Positions 40,159 through 53,127 of a DNA stretch of 64,000 nt are shown here, in pieces. Made by a program: the position numbers and the translations under genes. The first letter of the stretch is position 1; each line of letters opens with the position of its first letter. The notes under the pieces are model-generated. The model had not been told where the DNA came from, did not search any database, and was given only the letters and a program-made list of their open reading frames with translations. The DNA comes from Azolla caroliniana (taxonomy: Eukaryota > Plantae > Polypodiophyta). The stretch is from positions 10,044,001 to 10,108,000 of the forward strand of contig JBHGNT010000011.1 in assembly GCA_043228905.1 (NCBI GenBank). Reading direction: 5' to 3'.

Positions 40159-40851
40159 TGCCGCCCGTTTCACGTCGGGTTCACCAAAGATGTCGCATTG
40201 TTATGCACGTGCGTGGGGAAACGAGGCGGGACCACCGGGGTCTTGGACCGAGAAATAGCTGAGGAGGAGAGCGGAAAGGCAATGGACGCACTTGCACACG
40301 CACAGACACGGGAGCACACAGGAATCACAGTCCAACAACACACCAAAACGAGACGACTAGAAGTCCGAGTATATGAACACGTATGTATATAAATATATAT
40401 ATATATTGAGACGGTTACAACTAACAAGCCGGCAAGGCGAACACCGATGCCTGTTCACTCACACACAGAAGAGCGAGATGGAGACTCTACCGGAAGCACA
40501 CGGGCGTTCCACGGAGCAGAGTCAGCCTCCCGAAAACCTGCGCAAAAATGGCTATGGAGAGTGGTAGAGGAGAAGGGCTCGGTCCCAGTCCGGCAACACT
40601 TTGTCCTCTCTAAAGCGCGATCCCTTTTTCATTCCTCTCCCTCTCTTTTATAGCCCAAGGAGGGAGGCCGTTATCATCCCTTACATCACATTAATTCTCT
40701 CCCTATTGAATGCGTGCTACCTAGGATTTCACCTCAGCCGACTTGTACCTACCTACTTACTATACAATGAAAAGTGTGCTCGCGTGTAAGGGCCGGTTTA
40801 CACACGCTAAACTCGGTTTCCACCAAGGGACGGTTTTCTTCACGACAACGG

Positions 40852-41349
40852 CGGTTCGCATCGCGCCGAACCGTGGTGCGAGGCTGCCGAGGCATATTTG
40901 AACCATCTCATCATCATCGATATTTACGCTTATTGAGCCGAGAAAATCACAAAGCTCCTTGATCTTCGAGGTGTATGTCGTGATGGACATGTCCCTTTGT
41001 TGAATGTTGTTCAACTCTTGGCGGAGTTGAAGCCTTCTTGCGGTTGTGTTCGCCGCGAAAATCTTTCGTAGATTCTCCCATGCCTCCTTCGGCGTATTGG
41101 CTTCGCGAATGTAGCCAAGCATGTGATCGTGAACACATGTCGCCAAGCAATACATCACGCGGCTTGCAGCTTGCTCCCATGTTGCGTATTCAGGAGCCGC
41201 TTCAGCGGGTCGGTCTTCATGCGCTCCTTTGACGTAGCTCTAATAGCCTTGTCCGACAAGATATTGGTGCATCTTGTACTCCCAAGATGCGAAGTTGTTT
41301 CGATCCAACTTCTCGGTAGGGAGAGCGTTCCCCATTTGAGTATTCATTA
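40852..41349 (-). pseudogene. gag: Copia 2 gag N-terminus
   Basis: EKLDRNNFASWEYKM...PKEAWENLRKIFAA, homologous to Copia 1 gag. Confidence 0.9.
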
Positions 41350-42227
41350 TGTCGATTCTTCTTCTTCTTCTTCTCTCTTCGAATACGAGCTATGTAACGA
41401 AGCTACGATAGCGATGAGCCGGTTCTTGGTCATCGGCGTGGAGCACAACACACGATCACGATGAGGCGAATGGGCTAGATCGAGCTACCAAATCGCTCTG
41501 ATACCATGTAAAGAATCGGATATGATGCTTGTTAAGCGGAAGAGATGTGAGTTATGTGTGTGTATGAGAGAGTGAGAGAGAGTGAGAGAGACAAGGAGTA
41601 AGACGCAGAGAATACGCAAGGTAAAAGTATATTAACAAAGGAGCAAGACTTCACTTAATACAAGGTGGGAGGAGGGTGCTTTATATAGTCACCCTCTCTC
41701 TTCATTAACTACAAGACTCATGGAGCATGGGGAATGTGAAAGCTCATAAGTTATGTGTCATAGAATATGATTCTATGACTCATACTAAATGCTAGAATAC
41801 AAAGAGGTGACATAATGGTGACTCTTGACCCTTGGAGTGTCTATTCACTCTCAAGGTGAGTTCACACACTAGACCAAGTTGAGCTTGATTCTCAACACTA
41901 ATCATCATAGTACAAAGGTTTTATCCAATTTGTAGTCCAATCATACGGCATACCATGTTGCAGTGCATCATTAAACATATCGTATATCCATACATGTGCT
42001 TCGTTTACCGTCTATTTGAGCATTTCAGCCTTATATATTGAAGATTGCTTGCCTTTCGAGAGGCCAATTTCTTAATTATTATGCATATATCTTCAATTGT
42101 AAAAAAGGCAGACATATGTGAAAGAGAACCATAACACATCAACTTTCTGGCAAGAGATAACTCATATAAATTCTTACAATGCATAGACAAGTCGTGAAGA
42201 GTTAAGTCACCATAACTCTCAACACGT

Positions 42228-42891
42228 TGTCGTGAAGAAAATCGTCCCTAGGCGGAAACCGAGTTTAGCGTGTGTAAACCAGCCCTTACACGCGAGCACA
42301 CTTTTCGTTGTATAGTAAGTAGGTACGTACAAGTCGGCTGAGGTGAAATCCTAGGTAGCACGCATTCAATAGGGAGAGAATTAATGTGATGTAACGGATG
42401 ATAACGGCCTCCCTCCTTGGGTTATAAAAGAGAGGGAGAGGAATGGAAAAGGTATCGCGCGTTAGAGAGGACGAAGTGCTGCCGGACTGGGACCGAGCCC
42501 TTCTACTCTACCACTCTCCATAGCCATTTTGCGCAGGTTTTCGGGAGGCTGACTCCGCTCCGTGGAATGCCCGTGTGGTTCCGGTAGAGTCTCCATCTCG
42601 CTCTTCTGTGTGTGAGTGAACAGGCGTCGGTGTTTGCCTTGCCGGCCTGTTAGTTGTAACCGTCTCGATATATATATATATATATATTTATATACATACG
42701 TGTTCATATACTCGGACTTCTAGTCGTCTCGTTTTGGTGTGTTGTTGGACTGTGATTCCTGTGTGCTCCTATGTTTGTGTGTGTGCAAGCGCGTCTGTTG
42801 CCTTTCCGTTCTCCTCCTTCTCAGCTATTTCTCGGTCCAAGACCCCGGTGGTCCCGCCTCGTTCTCCACGCACGCGTGTAACAACGCGACA
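42228..42891 (+). mobile_element. Solo LTR of the Gypsy 2 family
   Basis: Reverse complement of 40191-40847; TSD ACGT on both sides. Confidence 0.95.
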
Positions 42892-44557
42892 ACGTGTTCC
42901 CTTTAGATTTCCCCAAAATTTAGCACATGCACGTGCTTTCTCTTACGTTTGGAGAAATTGTTGAGTAACTTCCCATATTCTTCTCTTTCTTTGAATAAGC
43001 CTTTTATACTCCTGCAAATGCTTTTAGTAATTTTCTTTATCCTTAACTAAATCCAAAACCATAAGGCACTTTCGAGCTTCACGACATTCTTTATCAAACC
43101 ATTTTTTCCTAAATTTCTTGGAGCATTTCCAAGATGTGCAGTTGGTCGAAAAACATGTGTTTGTACAAGAGAGAATGATTTTCTTCAAAGCTTCACATTT
43201 GCATTCTAGTGTGGCACTATGTTGTATCTTTGTCATTTGTAACATATCCTCAACCATCTTAGAATACATGGGTGCTCGCAAGGTTCATGCTCAAGTGCGG
43301 TTGTTTATTATCTTCAATGGCCTTCTCACAATCAAACCTATGCATACATTTAAGATCAATACATAAAGCCCTATGATCGGATTCCGGTGCCCATTCACCA
43401 AGTGAGAATTTATGTATACGATCCGAAATACCTTCGGAAAGTAGCACATAGTCAATCACACTTTTCCGTTGTGTTTTCTACATGTAAAAAAATTAGTGTT
43501 GGGCCATAAGGAAACACCATTTGTAATAAGCAATACGGTACTATTGCACATTTGTGGGAGTAACTTCCCAAACTGGTCCGGATCTTTTTCATTGCTAGAA
43601 GAGTGGCCATACATTTGCATATCCTCTTGCATCCTTGAGATGTGTGGCATGAAATATTCTTGTGAATCAAGTTGGAAACTTCTTGTACGAGCATTCATGT
43701 CACCAAAGAGAATAACTTCCCCCTTTGCTTTTGAAATAAGCAATACCATCTTCTAGATTGGTAAAACGTTGATCTTTATCCAAACAAGCATAAAAGTTAT
43801 AATTTTGATGAGGAATGTAGCATCCAACTACAAAAGTGGGCAAATCATTAGGTGTTTATATTTTGAGCAATATGTAGCATTTATGTTCATCATTTTTTAC
43901 AATTGACACATATTTCTCTATTTCCCTCTTAATCAAGCATGCCACCCCTCCTTGTCCTCTTCTTTGTCTTGGATTTTTCTCCCATATCAAAGACTGTATA
44001 TTATAGTTTCCTAAACCTTGAATCCTTTGAGTATCAGCTTCCCAGTTTCAACAAGAAGTGTGATATCTGAGTCATCGGTGAACTCCTTTATGCCAAATCC
44101 CACATTCCATGGGTATCCATTGCAATTCCAAAAGCATAGTCGTAAAAGACGTGGGTTAATCTCATAGGTCACGTGTCCCTATTTGCCTACATTTCCATCT
44201 TTGGGCACATCCTTAACCTTATTTTTCAATCTTTCTTCATATGCTTTATGATGGGCATTTTTTTGTGAGATAGTACGATCTTCACTCACAAAGCATTGCG
44301 TACCTTTGAGGTATAACCAACTATTTTCGAGTATGATCTGCCGCTTTGTATCATCCTTCCTTGTGCATACAATAGGCCTTTCTCCACAGCGAGTAACACC
44401 ATGTTTCCTAGCTCTGTGTGCCCCATATACATTCACATCCGACATCCCATAATGCATGCTAAAAAATTCACCAATAGCCTTTCTGGGGGATGCGGGTGTT
44501 TCCATACTCTTCTCTTTAATCCCACAGATGACAATGTTCTTTGATCATCATTCACGT

Positions 44558-45279
44558 TGTCGTGCCTTTCGACGCCGGATCGTTGCGTGAGTCGGGTGGG
44601 AACCACTGAGGTTTTGGACTAGGAGAAAGAAAAATACAAATAAGGCTAGTAAAGAATAGGTATAAAGAGTTATAAGATAAGAATCTTGTGAATCCCACGA
44701 GTTTAGTATATTTAGTCAATATTTAGGTAGTAAGAGAGAATTATTTTAGCAAATTCGTGAATCCCACGAATATTTTAGATTGATTGATCATTATAGAAAA
44801 ATAATCAACAAAAACTACAATGTGCTCCCCATCCTTATATAGTGATGGGAGAGACTAAGCATAGCTACATGCTTTTTTCTAATATGTTCATGCACACTAA
44901 ATGTGCATGTGATGCTTTTCTAATCCTTGCTTTTATTTGCTAAATATAGTGCTCATGCATGCTAGATGTGCATGAGTCACTTTTTAGTTGCTTGCGTTTT
45001 TCTATAAAATATTCACGCACTCTAAAAATACATGATTTACCTTTTAATAAAGGTAGGCGCAAATAAAGCACTTATAGTTATTAAATCTATTTGTAAAACA
45101 CTAAAGATAAGGTAGCATAATGGTAAAGTTGAGGTTTGGCTATGTGGAGGTATAGGGTTCAAATCTTGCCCTATGCACATGATAAATATTTTGACATTCT
45201 TATTTTATCTTTTTATATGTAATTAAATCGGTTATATTATTTTTACTTTTTCACGTAGTGTACGAAATATACTACGATA
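44558..45279 (-). mobile_element. Solo LTR, diverged member of the Gypsy 1 family
   Basis: TGTCGTGCC...ACTACGATA; TSD ACGT/ACAT. Confidence 0.92.
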
Positions 45280-46059
45280 ACATTCTTTCAATTCTCAGAC
45301 ATCTATGCTTTCTATATTCTTCTCTTGATGCATCACATGTATATTAGATGAGTTCAATACCACATCCCCACCACATACATCGGCCCATGACTTCGTTGTA
45401 CATACATTTTTCATCTCACTTACATCCTGCCTCATTATGTCCAATTTTTCTTCTTTTAATGCTTCCTTTAACTCAATCGTGTTAAGATGCTCATTTGTTT
45501 CGAAAGAATCTTTCTTACATTCTTGAATCTTATCTTCAAGTTTTGCAACCACTTTCTTAAGACTTTCATTCTCAATGACAATAATTTGGAGCTTAGCATA
45601 CTCTTTCATTAACTTCATAATCTCTCCACCTTGCTTGTATATGGTTTCTTGAAGAGAAATCAAGTGACTCATAAGCATTTTGTCTATTGCATTGAAATCA
45701 AGATTTGTTGGCGATCTCGGCTCATTATCAATCATACTCCCGAACTTTGTGTCGGCTTTACGAGTGTTTGTCATTGTAGGACCAAACCCTATGGGAAGAG
45801 AGAGGGAGGGAGGGAGGGAGGGAGAGAGAATGTACCTTTCACGCGATTTAGGGGTTCAAAATCTACCTTGCGTTTGAGGAAGCATGGGGAAAAGAAGGTT
45901 GAAGGCAAAAATGCTCATAACTTCTCGTTACGGTAACAGAATTCAGTAAATGAACATTCTTTAGGAAGCTCTTTGAAAGAGCTTTCCAATGAGCTATAGA
46001 ACGTAGAAAACAATGGCCGGAGTCAAATGAGCACACAGAACGAGACAAAGAGGGAGAGA

Positions 46060-47375
46060 GAGAGATATAGAAAGCCTTTCTGTTGTAACCGCCGGTTGGC
46101 AAAGATAGAGCTTGAGGTCGTTGCCTCCGAGTCTCATATTGTAGTACCTCACCCCTATAGTGATCCTTTTCGGAGTTAGTGAACTCCTGTGTTTTTTCCT
46201 CTAGAGGTTTTCCATGTAAAGATCCGGTGTCATCTCGTTGTCTGTGTAAGTGCATTGTTCCTATTTTCTGTTAATCTTCCATTAGTGTTTGAAACTTGAT
46301 TGTGGCTTAGTGCGATTCTGCACAAGAAGTACTTACATGTACTTCAATGCTCATAACTGAGCGACTGACACTAACTCCTAAAAATATGCCTATCTACTAG
46401 GCTAGGGTCGTAGGCCTCTAGCGGCCTACCGGCTCACACGTGGATCCAGCTCTCCGACCGGGTTTGTGGATCCGACTCTCCGATTCGTCTATTTGATCCA
46501 GCTCTCGTCTTGTTCAACCGATCTGGCCCATGTTGAGCTTGCTTGCTCAACATTCCCCCTCAAGCTCAACTTGAGGTCGGTTTGTCGTGTCAACATTCGC
46601 TGGAGTGAGATAGTTCGGAGTTTGTGGACTCCCGTGGTTTTTTCCTATTAGGATTTTCCACAAAAAACATCCTATGTCATTGCACTTGTGTATTTTGCTT
46701 TCTATTTTCTATTTGTTCCAATCTTTGCACCCGCATACACTAGAGTACAAACCGGTTGTGGCCGTCTTCGATCTCAACAAACTGGTATTGGAGCGATGGA
46801 AGAATCATTTGGTGGCATGTGCAAATTTACCGACTGTAACTATTCCGTGTGGAAGTCAAAGATGAGGGACATGTTGGTGTGCAAAATTTATGGTTACCGG
46901 TGCAGTACAGTAAAACCAATCCGAACAAGATTAATGCATCGATTTGGGAAGTCATGCACTTGAAGGCGGCAACATACATAAGATGTTTTATAGAAATGAG
47001 TCTATACAACAACTTCAATGAGGAGAATAAGGAGGATGTCCTCTAGGAGAAGATCGACATCATGTTTGAAAACAAAAAGGTTGTCAACAGAGTCTCAGTG
47101 TTCCAAAACATCGTGAGACTTCGGTATCAATATGGCTCCAGCATGGCGAAGCATCTGAATGCCTTCCAAGGGCTGATCAACCAAACCACCTCTCTGGAAG
47201 TACCTCTACCCGACGATGTACTAGCTTTACTATTGTTGGGATCCCTTCCAAACAGCTGGGAGACGCTCGTTGTCACATTAGGCAACGCTGGACCGGAAGG
47301 GAAGTTTTTGTCCCTAGAAAAGGTGAAGTCGAGCTTGCTGAATGAAGAAGCTTGCCAGAAGGACAAAGAGTTTGG
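46060..47375 (+). mobile_element. Mosaic of Copia remnants: LTR pieces, PBS and gag
   Basis: 46060-46260 and 46605-46779 resemble LTR 47602-48903; 46320-46580 is a minus-strand Copia 1-type LTR end with PPT; PBS TGGTATTGGAGC near 46783; gag 46796-47375. Confidence 0.75.
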
Positions 47376-48080
47376 TGTTGGAAAACAAGTCCCTGCGGAT
47401 GGGAAGAGGAGCTCGAGTCAAAGAAAGAGAGAATCAAATCAGATAGAGCCGATGAGTAACCAAAAATAGATTATTAATCGATTTGGGTAATAATCAAATT
47501 GGTTGAAGCCAACTCACGAGACCATATTTGTAAATAGTCTTAATGTGCCCCTTGTGGGCTATATCTGTAAATAGCCTAGAAAGTTGTATTGGTATAAATA
47601 TTGTTGGGAATTCAGTCCCTCCGAAGGGGATCTAGATGAGAACCGGAGGAGTCGGATCGGACGAGCCGGATGAAGGAACCGGATCTGGAAGTTTTCCGGA
47701 TGAGACCCGGAAACCGGATCGAGTGAATCCAAATGGATCCGGTGCAAACCGGATCCAGGGACATCTGTGTAAATATGTTTCATGGTGAGCCCATTGATGC
47801 TACATTTGTAAGTAGCCCTAAAGTCATATAAGTATAAATATGACTTAGGGCAATCACTTTATGTGTGAGGTGGTTATTGTTAGGTGTTGTATATTGTTGT
47901 GTACAGAGAGTGAGTGAGAGAGAGAGATATACAGAACTAGTTTTCTGTTTGTAACCGCCATTGGCGAAGACATAGAGCTCGAGGTCGTTGCTTCTGAGTC
48001 TCATTTTGTATTCCTCCTCTCATAGTGATAGTTCGAGTTTGTGGGTTCCCGTGGTTTTTCCCTATTAGGGTTTTCCACAT

Positions 48081-48813
48081 TGTCGTAGTGTATTTCGTAC
48101 ACTACGTGAAAACCGTATATAGTACTAGATTAAATAAATATGAAGAAAATATAAAAATTTATATTACATGCATAGGGCAAGATTCAACCTTGTACCTCCA
48201 TGTAAACAATCCCCAAACCTTGCCATTGTACTAACGTATCATAAGTGATCTAAATATAGATTTGATAGGAATAAGACTTATATTTACGCCTATTTTTATA
48301 AAAAAAACCAACCCATGCACATTTAGAGTGCGTAAAAACTTTATTTAAAAGAAAAACGCAAACAAAGAAAAAATTACTCATGCACATCTAGAGTGCATGA
48401 GCACTATATGTAGAAAATAAAAAACATGGTAGAAAAAGCTATTCAGGGACATCTAGTGTGCATGAACACTTTAGAAAAGCATTATGCTATGTTTAGCCTC
48501 TTCCATCACTATATAAGGAAGAGAGAAAGATGTATATGGTTGTTGAGTTTTTTTAAGGGTTGATTAATATATTATATTCTTGGGATTCACGAATTTGCCA
48601 TCTATATCTCTCTTGCAATCTAAATTCATATTGTTTCCTAAAACATTAATTAATACACTATACTCATGGGTTTCACGAGTTTCCTATCTCTCTTTCTTAT
48701 AATCTATTCATATTCATAATTAAAATCATCTCAAATTCTTCCTCATCCTAGTCCAAAACCCCATCAGTTCTCACCCGACTCACACAAAAAATCCAGCGCC
48801 GAAAGGCACGACA
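48081..48813 (+). mobile_element. Solo LTR of the Gypsy 1 family
   Basis: Close match to 14468-15207; TSD ACAT/ACGT. Confidence 0.96.
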
Positions 48814-48928
48814 ACGTAAACATCCTGTGTCATCTCAGTTTTAGTTTGTTCTCTTCTATTCCTTGTTGAAGAGTCTGTTGTTGCCGAGCATTATTTCCGC
48901 ACAAACTGGTATCAGAGCCTACAAGGGA

Positions 48929-51900
48929 ATGGAAGAATCATTCGGTAGCATGTTCAAGCTCACCGGCTCCAACTACCTAGTGTGGAAGTCGAAGATGAGG
49001 GACATGCTCGTGGTAAAAGATCTTTGGTTGCCGATACAGTTCGTGGACAAGAAAGCGAACAAAATCGATGCCACGACATGGGAGGTGATGCACATGAAGA
49101 CAACGGCGTACATCCGGTGCTTCATCGATATGAGCCTATATAGCAACTTCAATGAAGAAAGTAAAGCTCATGTGCTCTAGGAGAAAATCGGCACCATGCT
49201 GGAGAATAAAAACGCCGTCAAATCGGGTTTCGGTATTCCGGAAGTTAGTGAGACTCTGGTACCAAGACGGATCCAGCATGGCGGAGCATATGAACGCATT
49301 TCATGGGCTTATAAATCAAATAACTTTGCTTGAAGTACCTATGGTCGATGAGGTACTTGCATTGCTCCTGCTCGGTTCCCTCCCGGACACTTGGGAGACA
49401 TTGGTTGTCACTTTGGGCAATGTCGGTCCAGAAGGAAAGCAGTTGTCCCTAGCAAGGGTAAAATCAAGCTTGATAGATGAAGAAGCTCGCTGGAAGGACC
49501 GAGAGTCTGGAACTGATCCGAAGGCCTTGGTCACGGAAGATGATCATAACCGGGGAAGAGGTCGGTATTGGAGTTCCCAAAACCGGGACAAATCGGGGAC
49601 GAGGTCGAAGTCAAGGGGAAGGCCCTCTTGCTTTTATTGCAGAAAGCCGGGTCATTTCGAGAAGAATTGCCGACACTTCCGGAAATCCAAAGGGGGAGTC
49701 GACAGACCAGAACCGAAGAAGATTTCAGAGAGAAGAGGAACATCGGCGATCACGACAAGTGAAGAAGAACCGATGCTCATTATTGAGGAGAATGAGGTAA
49801 ACCTTGTCGACGACGAGACAACGTGGGTTGTCAATTCCAGAGCATCGTTCCATCTGACACCGGACTGGAAATGCTTTTCATCCTACACAACTGGAGATCA
49901 CGGTTGTGTCCGGATGGGGAATGAAGGTACCTGCCAAATCGTCGACATAGGACATCAACCGGGTGCAAGCTGTTGCCGAAGGATGTCCAACATGTTCTGG
50001 AGGTTCAGTTGAACCTAATATCAACCGATCAGCTAGATGATGAAGGCTACATGGGTAGCATCCGGAACGGAGTCATGAAATTCAGCAAAGCAAGCCTGAT
50101 TGTGGCTCGAGCCCGGAAGATCAAGACGTTGTATCTGATGCATACCCGGATATGCCGGGAAGAAGTGAATGTAGCATCCAACACTCCCAGTGAGCTATGG
50201 CACAAGAGGTTGTGTCATATGAACCAAAAGGGGATGAGGAGACTTGTTCAAGACAATCTCAATCCGGTGAAGGACGTACAACTTGAGAAGTGCACTGATT
50301 GCTTGGCCAGCAAGCAAAACCGAACCTCCTTCGGTCAAGACCACCGATGAGATGGAATGCACCACTGGAGTTGGTGCATACCGATGTGTGTCAAGTGGAC
50401 ACGAAGTCACATGATGGATCGCAATACTTCGTGACGTTCATAAAAGACCACAACCGGAAGTTGTGGGTCTCGCCGTTGAAGACGAAGGATTACGTGTTGT
50501 CCGTCTTCAAGGAGCTCCATGCGAGAGTGGAAAGGGAAATCGGTTGGAAGCTAAAGGCGGTTCAAGTAGATAATGGAGGAGAGTATTGGGGGTAGTTCGA
50601 GGAGTACTGTCGGTCAAAGGGAATCTGGCTCGAATTCACCGTACCGAAGACGTCAGAACTAAATGGGTTGGTCGAACAGATGAACCAGACCGTGATGGAG
50701 AGAGTTCGGAGCATGCTGGCACATGCAAAGCTACCCAAGACGTTTTGGGTTGAGGCACTGATGACGACAACCTACGTGATCAACAGGTCACCCTCATCAC
50801 CCTTGGAAGGAGACACCCCGCAGAGAGTATGGACTGGTAAGGATGTGTCTTATCGGCATCTAAAGATGTTCGGGTGTCTCGCCTATGTGCATGTTGCAAA
50901 GGACAAGAGAGCAAGGCTGGATCCGAAGTCCAGGCCATGCATATTCCTCGGATATGGCGATGATGAGTTCGGTTACCGGGTGTGGGATCTGGTCAACAAG
51001 AAGGTGTTCCGGAGTCGGGATATAGTCTTCATGGAAGACAAGACCATTGTCGATTGGAAGTCGAAGAAGAAGGTGATGTACTCTGGATCATCCAATGAAA
51101 ACCGGCTTGAGGACACAAGGACTTACCCGGTTGAAAACCGGATGTTAGCCTCCCAGGTATAAGAAGCCCAAATCGTGGTGAAAAGGCTTTCAACAGATGA
51201 AGGGTGTTGATTTTGATGAATTATTTTCCTCAATCGTGAAGATGACGTTGATTCTAATAGTGTTGAGCATAGCGGCCAACATGAACCTCGAAGTCGAGCA
51301 ACTAGACATCAATATTGCCTTCCTGCATGGATATTTGGAGGAAGAGATGTATTTGCAGCTGACGGAAGGATTTGTGGGGAAGAGAGCTTGTATGGGCTGA
51401 ACCAGGCACCTCGGCAATGGTACTGAAAATTTGAGTCCTTCATGGTGTATCACGGTTTTGACAAGACACGGGCCGATCATTGTGTCTTTGTAAAGAAATA
51501 TGATGGAGAATACTTTCTCATTCTCCTATTGTATGTTGATGACATGTTGATTGTCGGACAGGACCCAAAGAAAATCATAAGTTTGAAGAAGGCCTTGAGT
51601 AGGTCATTCTCGACAGACATGGGTTCGGCTACGCAAATCCTGTGAATCCACATTGTTCGTGATCGAACAAAGAAGTTGTTATGGCTGTCACAGGAGAAAT
51701 ACGTGACAAAGGTGGTCCAGAGGTTCAACATGTAGAATTTGAAACCAGTCAGCTCGACACTGCAGACAAACTGCAAGCTGAACAAAAACCAATGTCTAAA
51801 GACGAAAGCGGAGAAAGCTGAGATGATGAAGGTCCCCTATGCCTCAAAAGTCGGAAGCCTAATGTACATGATGGTATGTACTAGGCCGGACATTGGATAT

Positions 51901-52506
51901 GCACTCGGAGTCGTCAGCCGATATATGAGAAATCCCGGAAGAGAGCATTGGGCATATGTGAAGTGGATACTTCGATACCTGAGAGGCACCTCGAGCATGT
52001 GTCTTTGATTCGGCTCAGGTAACCCCACATTGGAAGGTTATACTGATTCATACATGTCGGCAGATGTAGATACCAGCCGATCCACGTTCGGATAAGTAAT
52101 GACTTATGCAGGGGGAGCCATTTCGTGGCAGTTGAGGTTGCAGAAGGTCGTGGCATTGTCAACCACGAAAGCCGAGTATATGGCCACAACGGAAGCTGTC
52201 AAGGAAATCATATGGATGACGAATTTTATTGGTAAGCTAGGAATTCAGCAAGAAGAATTCCGACTCCAATACGATAACGAAAGTTCCATCCACCTTGCGA
52301 AGAATACTACCTAACGCTCGAGGAACAAGCACATCCAGAGGAGATACCATTGGCTCCAAGAGCGCGTAGAAGAGAAGGAGTTTGCTCTAGTGAAGGTGCA
52401 TACAACAGAGAACGAGTTGGACATGCTGACGAAGGTGTTGTCAACCGAAAAGTTGGATGTGTGCCAACAAAGAGTCGGAATAGTGGAGTACACCATGCCG
52501 GAGTGA
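48929..52506 (+). pseudogene. gag-pol: Copia 4 gag-pol, homologous to 21441-25514, with stops and deletions
   Basis: CFYCRKPGH, LVHTDVC, RPCIFLGYGDDEFG, LLYVDDML, DMLTK. Confidence 0.93.
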
Positions 52507-52754
52507 AGGGGGAGTTTGTTGGAAAACAAGTCCCCCCCGGATGGGAAGAGGAGCACGAGTTGAAGAAAGAGGGAACCAAATCGGATAGAGTTGATGAGTA
52601 ACCGAAAATCGAATTATCGAAAAATTGATTATTAATCGATTCGGGTAATAATCGAATTGGTTGAAGCCAACTCAAGAGACTATATTTGTAAATAGTCTTA
52701 ATTGTGCCCCTTGTGGGCTATAGCTATAAATAGCGCAAAAAGTTGTATTGGTAT

Positions 52755-53123
52755 TGTTGAGATTCAAACTCAACTTCCTGTGAGTGGGAACACACTCTAG
52801 GATACTCAAGTGTGTGAACACCCCCACCTCCTTGTATAGTAACTAGTGTGTCATAGAAGTTAATATCCTATGACACATATTCTTTAAATAGTTAACACTC
52901 GACCTCTTTCCCAAGAGGCGCCTCTAGTGAGAGAATCTAGAGAGAAGGTGACTACATAAGCACATTCTCCTTCTCTTTGGAACTGTTGGTCATTCTTGTT
53001 TCCTTGTAATACAATTTTCAGTTTTTTTCTGTAATTGTGAGCTCTCTCTTTCTTTCTCCACACACACAGACATAGTTCTTCCGTTGCACAGAATCCATCC
53101 AATTCTTTACATGGTATTAGAGC
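52755..53123 (+). mobile_element. Copia 5' LTR and PBS related to Copia 2; body missing
   Basis: TGTTGAGATTC...TTCTTTACA (53111), then TGGTATTAGAGC. Confidence 0.85.
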
Positions 53124-53127
53124 ACAT

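Larger units (their letters stand above)
34412..40847 (-). mobile_element. Ty3/Gypsy element 2 (tRNA-Trp primed), RNase H deleted
   Basis: LTRs 34412-35073 and 40191-40847; TSD ACGG; PBS 40170-40186; PPT 35074-35082. Confidence 0.96.
29579..41897 (-). mobile_element. Ty1/Copia element 2, degenerate, hosting a solo LTR and Gypsy 2
   Basis: 391-bp LTRs 29579-29969 and 41507-41897 (about 5 differences); TSD CTAAT; iMet PBS 41495-41506; PPT 29970-29976. Confidence 0.96.
41910..45774 (-). mobile_element. LINE 2 remnant (ORF1, endonuclease, start of RT region), 3'-truncated
   Basis: ORF1 45295-45774 (coiled-coil-like) and 44179-44553 (RPIVC...FVSEDRT); endonuclease FWNCNG, GDMNART, IDYVL, SDH; split by two solo LTRs. 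Confidence 0.85.
47376..52754 (+). mobile_element. Tnt1-like Copia element 4, degenerate, chimeric 5' end
   Basis: LTR-A piece 47376-47601; LTR-B 47602-48903; PBS 48907-48918; PPT 52506-52514; LTR-A piece 52517-52754. Confidence 0.88.
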
